A program made the position numbers and the translations under genes. The notes beneath the pieces are model-generated. The model had not been told where the DNA came from. It made no database searches and saw only the letters and a program-made list of their open reading frames with translations. 32,843 bases of DNA from an uncultured delta proteobacterium (lineage in GTDB: Bacteria > Desulfobacterota > Binatia > UBA9968), in assembly GCA_963847445.1 (NCBI GenBank), contig CAWJZV010000021.1:1-32843 (forward strand). The letters run 5' to 3'. Shown in pieces: positions 20,020-29,139 of the stretch (position 1 is its first letter; the number at the start of each line of letters is the position of its first letter).

Positions 20020-21009
20020 ATGGCGAATAAACCGAAAATCACTTTCGCGACGAATCCGAATCCGCGCAATCGCGCGCTAATCGATGGATTGATTCCGCTC
20101 GAAGGTTACGATTTCGAGTATGTCGGCGACAAGTACACGCCGGGCGAGATGCATTATCGTTTCGTCCAGGGCGAGTTCGATCTTGCCGAAATGTCGACTG
20201 CGACACTGATGCGCGCCAAGGAAAAGGGCAAACGCTTTTTGGCGTTGCCGGTGTTCTTCCAGCGCGGGCCGCGGCAGCGAAATATTTTTCACTGCGCCGG
20301 TAAAGTGAATCATCCGAGCGAGCTCAAAGGCAAGCAGGTCGGCGCGTTTCGCTACGGCGCCACCGCGGTGTCGTGGGCGCGCGGCTATTTGCTCGACGAG
20401 CATGACATCAAGACCACTGACGTCGGCTGGTTCGTGTCAGGTCAAGAAGTTTACATCGCCAACGAGCTGCCGGTAAAAGTCGAGCGCCTTGACCCGCCGC
20501 CGCCCTTCGGCCAGGAGAAATCGCATCTGTCGCGGTTGCTCAGCGAGGGCAAGCTTGGCGCGGCGTTGGTTGCCGGCGACTCGGGCTACACGGGTTTGTT
20601 CGGCGGTGGATCGCTGCCCGGTGTGATGGGACAGTTTCCCGGCGTCAAGCCCTTGTTCGACGATACCGAAGAAATCATTCGCTATGTTAAACGGACGCAG
20701 ATCTATCCGATCATCCATATCATGGCGATTCGCGAGGAAACCGCCGAAAAGTATTCCGACCTGCCGGCGAAGGTCATCGAAGCGTTTCGCGAAGCTAATC
20801 GCCAGGCGGTGAAATATTTCAAGCCGGGGGAGGCCGAAGGCTACGCTAAGGAGCGCGATCTGTTGGGTTACGATCCCTATGCCGGTGTGCTGACCGAGGC
20901 GGATAAGAAATCGCTGCAGGCGCTCAACCGCTATCAGATCGAGCAGGGGTTGGTGAAGAAAGAGCTGCCGCTGGAAAGTTTGTTCGTCAAGGAAGCGTTC
21001 AGGATGTGA
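20020..21009 (+). CDS. 4,5-dihydroxyphthalate decarboxylase-like protein (periplasmic binding protein type 2 fold, no signal peptide)
   Basis: RALIDG, FDLAEMS, ALPVFFQR, YPIIH and YQIEQGL...LESLF pattern; GAGGAGG RBS. Confidence 0.75.
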   Translation: MANKPKITFATNPNPRNRALIDGLIPLEGYDFEYVGDKYTPGEMHYRFVQGEFDLAEMSTATLMRAKEKGKRFLALPVFFQRGPRQRNIFHCAGKVNHPSELKGKQVGAFRYGATAVSWARGYLLDEHDIKTTDVGWFVSGQEVYIANELPVKVERLDPPPPFGQEKSHLSRLLSEGKLGAALVAGDSGYTGLFGGGSLPGVMGQFPGVKPLFDDTEEIIRYVKRTQIYPIIHIMAIREETAEKYSDLPAKVIEAFREANRQAVKYFKPGEAEGYAKERDLLGYDPYAGVLTEADKKSLQALNRYQIEQGLVKKELPLESLFVKEAFRM

Positions 21010-21013
21010 GCGG

Positions 21014-21102
21014 AATTGGAGTGTTGGAGTAATGGAGTGGTGGAGTGATGGGCGAATCCGAAACCCAATACTCCAGTGCTCCATCACTCCAGTACTCCAA
21101 TT
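21014..21102. repeat. Hairpin of TGGAGTNN 8-mer tandem units
   Basis: TGGAGTGT TGGAGTAA TGGAGTGG TGGAGTGA paired with TACTCCA GTGCTCCA TCACTCCA GTACTCCA. Confidence 0.8.
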
Positions 21103-21129
21103 TGTTCATTTATTCTCGTAAGGTGCTTA

Positions 21130-23022
21130 ATGGCAAATTCATCTGACTTATTTCCGCAGCGACGCACAACGCCCCTCCCCGGCGGCTACATGGGCAAGAT
21201 TCTGCGCGTCGACATGACCACCGGCGCGATGACCGACGAGAACTTACCCGAAGAGCCGGATCTGCGCCGGTTCATCGGCGGCCAAGCGCTGGCTCTGTAT
21301 ATTCTCATGCGCGAACAATCGCTGGACGTGAAGCCTTTCGACCCGGCGGCGAAGATGGTGATGATGACCGGGCCGCTGACCGGCACGGGGTTGACGCCCG
21401 GCGGGACGAAAGTGTGCGCGGTGTTCTTAAGTCCAATGACCAACAATACCCTCGGTCGCGGCGCGGCGAGCGGTTACTGGGCCGCCTATCTCAAGCAGGC
21501 GGGTTACGACGGCATCATTCTTCAAGGGGCGGCGAAGTCGCCGCAATATCTGTTCATCAACGACGGTAAGCCTGAGCTGCGCGATGCGAGCAAATTTTGG
21601 GGCAAGGGATCGCGGGATACCGAAGAATCGCTGCGCGCCGCGGTCGGCATCAAAGACGCCAGGGTCATGGGCATCGGTCCCGCCGGCGAGCATCGGGTCA
21701 ACGCGGCGATGCTGTGCAATGACTTCAATCATTCGGCATCGCACAGCGGCGGCGCGATCTTCGGTTCGAAGATGTTGAAGGCCATCGTCGTCCACGGCAC
21801 CAAGCGGCCGCCGCTGCACGATAAAGCTGCGCTGGTCGAAGCCGGGTTGCGCTGGCGCAAGACGCTGCAACAGTACGCGCTGAAGGACCGATACTCCACC
21901 GGCCATGCGCGTCATCTCGAAGCGCTGCCCAACAACAACATGCAGAGCACGCTGATCGGCGATCACAATCGCGGCTTCGATCAGAACCGTGTCGTGCAGC
22001 GGCCCTGCTTTCAATGCGCGCGGCTTTGTCCGTGGGATGTCGAAGTCGGCGAAGGCGAGTTCAAAGGCAAGGTTGGCCATTTCAATGCCGGCGCCGAGTG
22101 GCTCGACACTTTTTGGAATCTCGGCGTCAAGGGCAACCCGACGCTTTACCTGGCCGAGCGCATCAACGATCTCGGCATCGAGTGCGGCCATTTTTCCTTC
22201 GGCGCCGGCGTGTTGTTCGAAGCTTACGAGAAAGGTTTGGTCACCGAGAAAGATTGCGACGGGCTGCGCTTGGAGTGGGGCAACGTCGAGGCTATCGATA
22301 AATTATTAGAAATGACCGCGCGGCGCCAGGGCAAGTGGGGCAACTTGATCGCCGACGGACCGCTCGAAGTGGCCGAAGCGATCGGTGGCGAGGCGCTGAA
22401 TTGGGTTGTCCATACCAAGCGCGGCGTGCCGGCGATGCACGATTGGCGCCCGCATTTCTCCAACATGCTGCGCGAGATCGTCGCCAGCGGCGGCATGAAA
22501 CCGCAGGGCGGCGGTCAGGCCAATCCGCCGCCGGATCTGAAGTATCGCGAGAAGTGGGGACCGCTCGACCGCGACGATCCCACCGGCTGGCCGCAGTCCA
22601 ACGTCAATGCGGAGCAGTACCGCCAGTTCGTCGGCATCATGGGCGGCTGCTGGTTCGCCCAGATGCACGGCAAGCCTGACGGCCTGAAAAGTATCGTCGA
22701 TTCGTTCAACGCGACGACGGGCTGGCACTTCGATCTCGACGAAGCGATGTTGGCCGGCCACCGCAGCGCGATCCTGCAGAGCATTTTCGGCACCCAGCGC
22801 GGCTGGATCGCCGATCACGACTGGCAGCAAGTGGGGCAGCGCTTTCTCGACCCGGTGCCCGACGGCAAATACCAAGGCTTCACCATCGCCAAGTGGCTCC
22901 CCGAAATGGTCCGCGAATATTACCAACTCTCCGGCCGCCACGAAAAAACCGGCCGGCCGTACATGGACACATTGAAATTATTGGGCTTGGAAGAGTTCAG
23001 CGAATGGGCGCAGTTGGATTGA
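21130..23022 (+). CDS. Aldehyde:ferredoxin oxidoreductase family (W/Mo-pterin) protein
   Basis: GYMGKILRVDMT, TGPLTG, LKQAGYDGII, IGPAGE and GSKMLKAI motifs; CxxCxxxC (CFQCARLC) plus distal GGC; NDLGIEC. Confidence 0.9.
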   Translation: MANSSDLFPQRRTTPLPGGYMGKILRVDMTTGAMTDENLPEEPDLRRFIGGQALALYILMREQSLDVKPFDPAAKMVMMTGPLTGTGLTPGGTKVCAVFLSPMTNNTLGRGAASGYWAAYLKQAGYDGIILQGAAKSPQYLFINDGKPELRDASKFWGKGSRDTEESLRAAVGIKDARVMGIGPAGEHRVNAAMLCNDFNHSASHSGGAIFGSKMLKAIVVHGTKRPPLHDKAALVEAGLRWRKTLQQYALKDRYSTGHARHLEALPNNNMQSTLIGDHNRGFDQNRVVQRPCFQCARLCPWDVEVGEGEFKGKVGHFNAGAEWLDTFWNLGVKGNPTLYLAERINDLGIECGHFSFGAGVLFEAYEKGLVTEKDCDGLRLEWGNVEAIDKLLEMTARRQGKWGNLIADGPLEVAEAIGGEALNWVVHTKRGVPAMHDWRPHFSNMLREIVASGGMKPQGGGQANPPPDLKYREKWGPLDRDDPTGWPQSNVNAEQYRQFVGIMGGCWFAQMHGKPDGLKSIVDSFNATTGWHFDLDEAMLAGHRSAILQSIFGTQRGWIADHDWQQVGQRFLDPVPDGKYQGFTIAKWLPEMVREYYQLSGRHEKTGRPYMDTLKLLGLEEFSEWAQLD

Positions 23023-23051
23023 GCGTGACGCTTTCTTGGGTTTGGAGTTTT

Positions 23052-23086
23052 GTAGGATGGGTGGAGGCGCTGCGCCGATACCCATC
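23052..23086. repeat. GTAG-type REP
   Basis: GTAGGATGGGTGGAG...CGATACCCATC, near copy of 9362-9392. Confidence 0.75.
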
Positions 23087-23395
23087 GTTTGTGGTTCACC
23101 ACGAAGAATGGTGTCGCAGTTCCGAGTTACTGGAGAATGAATCGTGACGTATCGCGCGTAAATTCATCACTATTTTTAACTCAGTCAGGATTTGGATGGT
23201 TTGACTTGAGGTTCGGACTATCAACAGTCAATATTCACGCCTGACTCTCGTCCTTCTTTAATGGTCGGGTCGTTGTTTTTAATACTCTGGCGTTTCGCGT
23301 CTGTCGGCATTTTGCCGCTGATCTTGCTCTGAAGTCGACTTGTGCGATAGAAAAACCATTCGGTGTATTGAAACAGACTACGAAGGAGCTGCGCT

Positions 23396-24547
23396 ATGTC
23401 CACTTTGAATTCAGAGCTTACTGCCAACCCGTATCAAGCTGACCAAAAGAGGAACGAGGTTAAAGCCTTTACCTACGACCGCTGGATGGAGTCGGTGGGG
23501 ATTCCGATTCACCGCGGTTTCTTTATCGAAGATTTGCGCACCGTGGAGCTGGGCTGGTGGGACGAGCGCCAGTGCGACGCGGCGTTCATCCAGCTGACCG
23601 GTCAAGAAGGCATCACCTCCGCGATCGTCATGGAGATTGCGCCGGGGAAATCGTTGCCGCCGATGAAATTCGCCCTCGACGAGCTGATTTACGTGTTGCA
23701 AGGCTCCGGAGTCAGCACGGTTTGGAGCGCCGACGGCGCGCCGAAGAAAACCTTTGAATGGCAAGATCGCAGTTTGTTTCACGTCGCCTCCAACAGCAAT
23801 TTGCAATTGGCCAACATGCGCGGCGACAAGCCGGTGCGATTATTGCGCTATAGCTATCTGCCCCTGGCCACCTCGCTGGTCACCGAACCGCAATTCTACT
23901 TTAACAACCCGTATCAGAAGGCCGCTGCTTCCACCCAAGAAAGCGATACCTATTCCCAAGCCAAGCTCGTCGAAAACGGCGACCCGGAGCTTGCCTGGGG
24001 CAGCAGTCGAGTTTACTGGCACGGCAACTTTTTCCCCGACATGGCGGCGTGGGACAAGCTCACGACCAACGCGCGTGGCGGCATGAGCGTGATCATCATG
24101 TTTCCCAGCTCGGAAATGTCTTGCCATATGTCGGTGTTTGCCACGCGCACTTACAAGAAGGCCCATCGCCACGGCCCGGGACGGGTCATCGTGATTCCGG
24201 CGGGCGAAGGCTACTCCGTGCTCTGGGAGGAAGGCAAAGAAAAGATTGTCGCGCCCTGGCACGAGGGCAGCATGTTCGTGCCGCCCAACAAATGGTTTCA
24301 CCAGCACTTCAACGCCGGCGGCACTCCGGCGCGCTATCTTGCGCTGCACCCGCCGCGGCAGTTCCGCGGCCACGCGGAAAAGGTCGAGGACCGCGCCAAA
24401 GACATGATCGAATACATCGATGAAGATCCTTGGATCCGCGCGAAGTTTGAAGGCGAACTCGCCAAGCGCGGACTGACCACGCTGATGCCGACGGATGCCT
24501 ATAGTGTCAACAGCTACGACTGGCACCCAGGTAAAGTTAGTATTTGA
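23396..24547 (+). CDS. Bicupin protein
   Basis: YKKAHRHGPG...KWFHQHFN C-terminal cupin; paralogue of 5429-6521; AAGGAG RBS. Confidence 0.85.
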   Translation: MSTLNSELTANPYQADQKRNEVKAFTYDRWMESVGIPIHRGFFIEDLRTVELGWWDERQCDAAFIQLTGQEGITSAIVMEIAPGKSLPPMKFALDELIYVLQGSGVSTVWSADGAPKKTFEWQDRSLFHVASNSNLQLANMRGDKPVRLLRYSYLPLATSLVTEPQFYFNNPYQKAAASTQESDTYSQAKLVENGDPELAWGSSRVYWHGNFFPDMAAWDKLTTNARGGMSVIIMFPSSEMSCHMSVFATRTYKKAHRHGPGRVIVIPAGEGYSVLWEEGKEKIVAPWHEGSMFVPPNKWFHQHFNAGGTPARYLALHPPRQFRGHAEKVEDRAKDMIEYIDEDPWIRAKFEGELAKRGLTTLMPTDAYSVNSYDWHPGKVSI

Positions 24548-24656
24548 AACGCGGGCGGAGTGAAGGTTGCCTCGACCATTTCCTTTTTTGTGTTTTGCCT
24601 TGTGTTAAGCGCCGAAACTGTTGCCCACGCAAGCCGAGGATGCTGCTCGGGTGCGC

Positions 24657-24706
24657 TTGACGGCTCGCCGCTGTGGCGATATAGCTCGCGACGGAACGAA
24701 GGTTGT
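24657..24706 (+). repeat. Direct repeat copy 1 containing a sigma70-like promoter
   Basis: TTGACG-N17-TATAGC; 43/50 identity with 28875-28924 by manual alignment. Confidence 0.7.
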
Positions 24707-24865
24707 TTGAATTTCCAATACTAAGTGGTTGCTCGCATATAGTTAGACCAGCCGGAAATGAGCGACGTGCGCGATCGCGCCGTGATGACCAAGGCAGCAA
24801 TCGAGGTCATGATCGACCTGCCGTAAATAGGGCTGCTCAGCAGCATAGAAGCAGAGAGGTAGATT

Positions 24866-25411
24866 ATGACACGCATTGCCATTCTGACGCTCGACGACAT
24901 GAACCATGAACAGCGCGCTGTGATCGCAGCGTCCAAGGCCAATGGCAAGCCGCATGGCGGGCCATTCTGGGCCTATATCCGCAATCCCAAACTGATGCAG
25001 AGCCTCCACCACATGGCAGACTCTATCGCCGACAGCACGCTGTCCGCCCGCGAACAGCAGATCGTCACCTTGACCGTGGCACGATTCTGGGGCGCCAACT
25101 ACCCGTGGGCGGCTCAATGCCGCAACGGTCTCAAAGTTGGACTCACGCAGGCAGAGATCGACGCCATCAACGGCCGCGGCGCGCTGCCGACCAACGACAA
25201 GCGCGAATTGCTCGCGCATAAGATCGCCAACGAGCTGCTCGCCGACAAAAAACTTAGCGATGCCACCTATGCAGCCGCCGAAGCAAGCTTTAGCACTGAA
25301 GAGCTGGTAGCTCTGGTTGCCCGGGTCGGCTCGTTTTCAATGACCTGTTGCACCGCCAACGCGTTTGATATCACGCCCCCCGATGACGCACCTGACCGCC
25401 TTAAGGCATAG
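24866..25411 (+). CDS. Carboxymuconolactone decarboxylase/AhpD-like family protein
   Basis: GGPFWAYIRNPKL, LSAREQQIVTLTVARFW, GLTQAEIDAI and LSDATYAAA pattern; GAGGT RBS. Confidence 0.8.
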   Translation: MTRIAILTLDDMNHEQRAVIAASKANGKPHGGPFWAYIRNPKLMQSLHHMADSIADSTLSAREQQIVTLTVARFWGANYPWAAQCRNGLKVGLTQAEIDAINGRGALPTNDKRELLAHKIANELLADKKLSDATYAAAEASFSTEELVALVARVGSFSMTCCTANAFDITPPDDAPDRLKA

Positions 25412-25570
25412 AAAACGCATTGGAGCTCAAACGACAGCGCTAAATCCGACTTTCCGCGAGCTTCGTCGTTTCTTTCCCGCTGAGCGTGAATCCGAATAGA
25501 ATCTTTGCTCCGTTTAAGCGCCTCGTACAGTTTTTACAAAATAGACAGCACACTGGTGTAGGTGATCCGC

Positions 25571-27095
25571 ATGCCGCGCCCTGTTCCTTCGACATCCAAC
25601 GTCAAAGCGTTCTTGTCTTACAACAGCAAGGATGCCAACCTCGCGCGGCGTTTGGCGTTAGACCTTGAGTCCGCCCACATCAGCGTGTGGCTCGATCAAT
25701 GGCAGCTCAAAGTCGGCGAAGCCTTCGAGCAAGAAATTGTCCGCAGCCTCGAAAACGCCGAATTCGTGATCGTTCTACTCACCCGCGCAAGCGTTGCCTC
25801 GGATTGGGTTAATCGCGAGTGGCGTCACAAGATCCTGGGCGAAGCACAGTTCAAGCGCGTCGGTGTGATTCCTGTGCGCGGCGAACGTTGCATCATTCCT
25901 GATCTGTTGGCGCAACGCAGTCATGCCGATATTTCCGGCGGCAGCTATCCCTTTGGCTTGCGGCGCCTCCTAGAGATGCTGCGGCACTACAGCCGGGACG
26001 ACAATATCGCCATTCCCCAAAGCTCGCCGCTCGAGGTGAGCGAATTCTCAAATATGCTGCCGATCGTCGTGCCCATTGGCATCGAAGTCAGCGCCGATCT
26101 GATACCGCTATTTGAAACCACCGCGGACGGTGGCAATCGGATGCTGGATCAACTGCTGCCGCAGATGCGCGAAGCGCTAGCCAATGAGTACGGCTTTTCG
26201 TTTCCCGGCGTTAGCTGTCGCGGCAATGAATCGGACTTACCTGCGCAAACCGCGCTGATCTCGATCGAGGAAATCCAGGAGTCTTGGGTTCAAGTCGGCA
26301 TCGATGATGTCGTCGTTGCCGCCAATGCCGACGAACTCGCTGCGATTGGCGTTCAGGGTGAAGTTCGCGAACAAGCGATCGGCAACGACAGCGTTACCCG
26401 AATCACGCAGCAAGATCGGGCGCTGGTGAACAGCCACGGGATTTACACCTGGGACGCTGGAGAATTTCTCGTTGCTGCCTTGCACTCGGTTGTGCGCAAA
26501 CATGCTTCTTTGTTTCTCGATATCGATGGCACGAGAAATCTCGCCCTCGCTGCCGATCCGACGGCGGCGGAAAGGCTCATTCCATCGATCATGACCTGGC
26601 CGCAGCTGACAAATATATTGAAGCGCCTGGTTGAGGAAGGCTTCAACATCAGCGCTATTGGCACGATCATGGCGGCGCTCGCAACCGACGAAGCACAAGC
26701 GGCGGATGTGATCATTCGCTCGGAACTAGCCCGACAAGCGCTGAGAACCCAAATCACCGAACGGTTTGTCGGCGACCGCGGTATTCTTTCTGTTTTGCGA
26801 CTTTCGGTTGACATAGAACAGCGCTTGGAACAATCCATACAGCAGACTTTAGCCGGACCCTACCTCAAAGCGGATCCGACGCTGCTCCAGGAGATCCTGG
26901 CGGCGGTGCGCAGTGTGATGGGATCGCGCGAACATGCGGCGTTTCCGCCACCCATTCTCACCACCATTAAGCTGCGCCGTTACCTGCGCAAACTTGTCGA
27001 ACTGGAATTCCCGTCGCTGCAAGTGCTTTCTTTCGGTGACCTGCTCGAGCGATCTGGACATTCAAGTCGTTCACGAAATCAGCGTGCCTAGCTAA
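25571..27095 (+). CDS. TIR domain fused to SctV/FlhA (FHIPEP) cytoplasmic domain, protein 1
   Basis: TIR: AFLSYNSKD, VWLDQWQLKVGE, VIVLLTRASVASDWVNRE, VIPV. Export-gate C-domain: PIGIEVSADL, YGFSFPGV, LKRLVEEG, IQQTLAGPYL, PPILTTIKLRRYLRKLVELEFPSLQVLSF. A probable +1 indel near 27044 gives SDLDIQVVHEISVPS* (27095); the uncorrected stop is at 27091. Confidence 0.85.
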
Positions 27096-27104
27096 GGAAA
27101 CCCG

Positions 27105-28815
27105 ATGACTAACGCCAATGCCAAACCGACGGCGGTATTGCTGTGCTACAGCAGCGCCTATCGAATCTTGGCCCAGCGAATTGCCGCCGATCTCGGCAAG
27201 GCCAATGTCAAGGTGAATCACGATCCTTGGCGGGGTGGCGGCGGATTACCCGCCTGCCAATCCTTGCCCAACAAGGTCGATGAGGTGCAAGCTGTAGTGG
27301 TGCTACTCACACCTTCTGAGAGCGCGCGCACCTGGTTGAACGACGATTGGGTGCGCGATGTCTACGATCCGGCCTGTGCCTCGGGCATCACCGTTCTGCC
27401 GGCACGCGGTGAATGGTGTGATATTCCGGACTTCCTCAAGCATTTGAGTTTTGCGGATTTTTGCAATCGCGGCTACGACAGTGAGTTGCGCCGTCTGCTG
27501 CAGGCGATCCCCGATCGCACCGACGATCGCAGCCTTGACCTACCAGATGAAGAATTTCAGCCAACGCTTACGTTCGACGAGCAGGCGCCATCGACCACTC
27601 CTCTCCTGCTGCAAGTGGGCAACGCGCTAAGCGTCCTGTTCGCGCAAACCGAAGATAGCCGCTGGACGCAAGCCATGTTGCTGACGCAAGACGGCTTGTT
27701 TTATGAAACTGGGGTTCCCTTTCCGATTCCGATCGTGGCTGTTTCCTGCCGATCTTTCGCCCACATCCGCTCGATTCGTCATCAATGATGTGCCCGAGGG
27801 TGCAGTGCCGCTGTATTTGGATCGCGTGGTGGTCAGCGAAAGTGCGGCGGTGATGTCCGCGAATGGATTCGATGCGTTACCAACGACAAACCCGGCCAAC
27901 GACAACCTGTGCGCTTGGATTGCTGATCGCGACCGTGACAAGGCACAACAACTCGGGCTGATCATTTGGGATAGTTTGGACTTTCTCGTTCTTCATTTAT
28001 CGGCTTTACTGCGCGACCGGGCGGCCGATTTCATCACGACGCATGAAGCACGCGCGATGTTGCAAAGGCTCGCCCTCGCTTTTCCGCATCTCGTTGAGGA
28101 AACGGTACCCAAACTGCTTTCGGAGTTTGTCTTTTCCGATGTGCTACGGCGCTTGGTCGCCGAGGGCGTTTCGATTCGCAATCTGCGCAGAATTTTGCTC
28201 GCCCTTGCCGACTGGGCACCCGTTGAAAGCGACCCCATGTATTTAACGGAATACGCGCGCGCCGCGCTGCAGCGCGAAATTATGGCTCGATTGACTCGCG
28301 GCACCAACGAACTCATCGTATTCCTGCTCGATCCAGAGCTCGAGGTCATCATCGAAAACGCCATCAAGCATACACCGACGGGCTCCTATGTTGACCTGGC
28401 GCCAACTCAGCTGCGCGCCATTGTTGATGCGATCGATCAAGCCATTGCGATACTGCCCGAGAATTCGCAACGGCCCGCCATCCTTACGGTGATGCAGATA
28501 CGGGCTGCGGTGCAACGCATGGTGGCGCCCACCATGCCGTTGATTTCGGTTGTTTCCTACCAAGAAATGCCATCCGACATCAACATCCAACCACTCGGAA
28601 GAATCGCGTTGAACGGTCTCGTCCATCGACGGGAATTCACGGTTCGTCCGACCTTTGCGCAATCGAGCTCTGCATCACTCGCCGATGAAGCGATATTGGC
28701 TCCAGACCCGATGCCGATTGAGTTGGATACGCAAATGCGCAGCCGTTTTTTCGCAGCCCACCTGAATCAAACGCTGGCCGAGGCGAGCTCCGACGTTGAT
28801 TGCGACCACGAATGA
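27105..28815 (+). CDS. TIR domain fused to SctV/FlhA (FHIPEP) cytoplasmic domain, protein 2; frameshift near 27743
   Basis: Divergent TIR (VLLCYS, VVVLLTPSESARTWLNDDW, VLPARGE) and LFYETGVPFP in ORF 27105 join RFVINDVP, VLRRLVAEGVSIRNLRRIL, LTEYARAAL, LLDPELE and VVSYQEMPSDINIQPLGRI in ORF 27703; AAGGA RBS. Confidence 0.85.
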
Positions 28816-28874
28816 AAGCCGGGCATCTGCAATTGAAGCGCTTCCGACCGCTGCATCGCCCAACGGTCGTGGGT

Positions 28875-28924
28875 TTGACGGCTTGCCGGTGCGGCGATAT
28901 AGCTCCCGACAGAAAAAAGGTTGT
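28875..28924 (+). repeat. Direct repeat copy 2 containing a sigma70-like promoter
   Basis: TTGACGGCTTGCCGGTGCGGCGATATAGCTCCCGACAGAAAAAAGGTTGT, similar to 24657-24706. Confidence 0.7.
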
Positions 28925-29139
28925 CAGTTTCCTCTACAGATGATGTTTCAGATATCGAGTCAGTCAGCGTGGTGTCGTTAACATCGCGGTGCGAAATGGG
29001 GTCTGGCGCAATCATGATGAGGTTCGGTCTCAACCTACGTGTTAGACACAATAAATGGATCCACTAGCGCGGCAAATGGCATGGTGCTCGGTGCGGCCAT
29101 GTCAAAGCTAAACGGACGAGAGAATGAGGGGACAACGAG

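Noticed and set aside
25571-28815. Annotation as a genuine flhA/sctV export gate of a T3SS or flagellum
   Set aside because: The N-terminal membrane domain is absent and replaced by TIR, and no other export apparatus genes are in the window.
24742-29047. GTTAGAC (GTTRRRY) downstream of both direct-repeat copies, suggesting attI/attC sites
   Set aside because: Spacing differs between the copies and no matching inverse core was found; a 7-mer can occur by chance.
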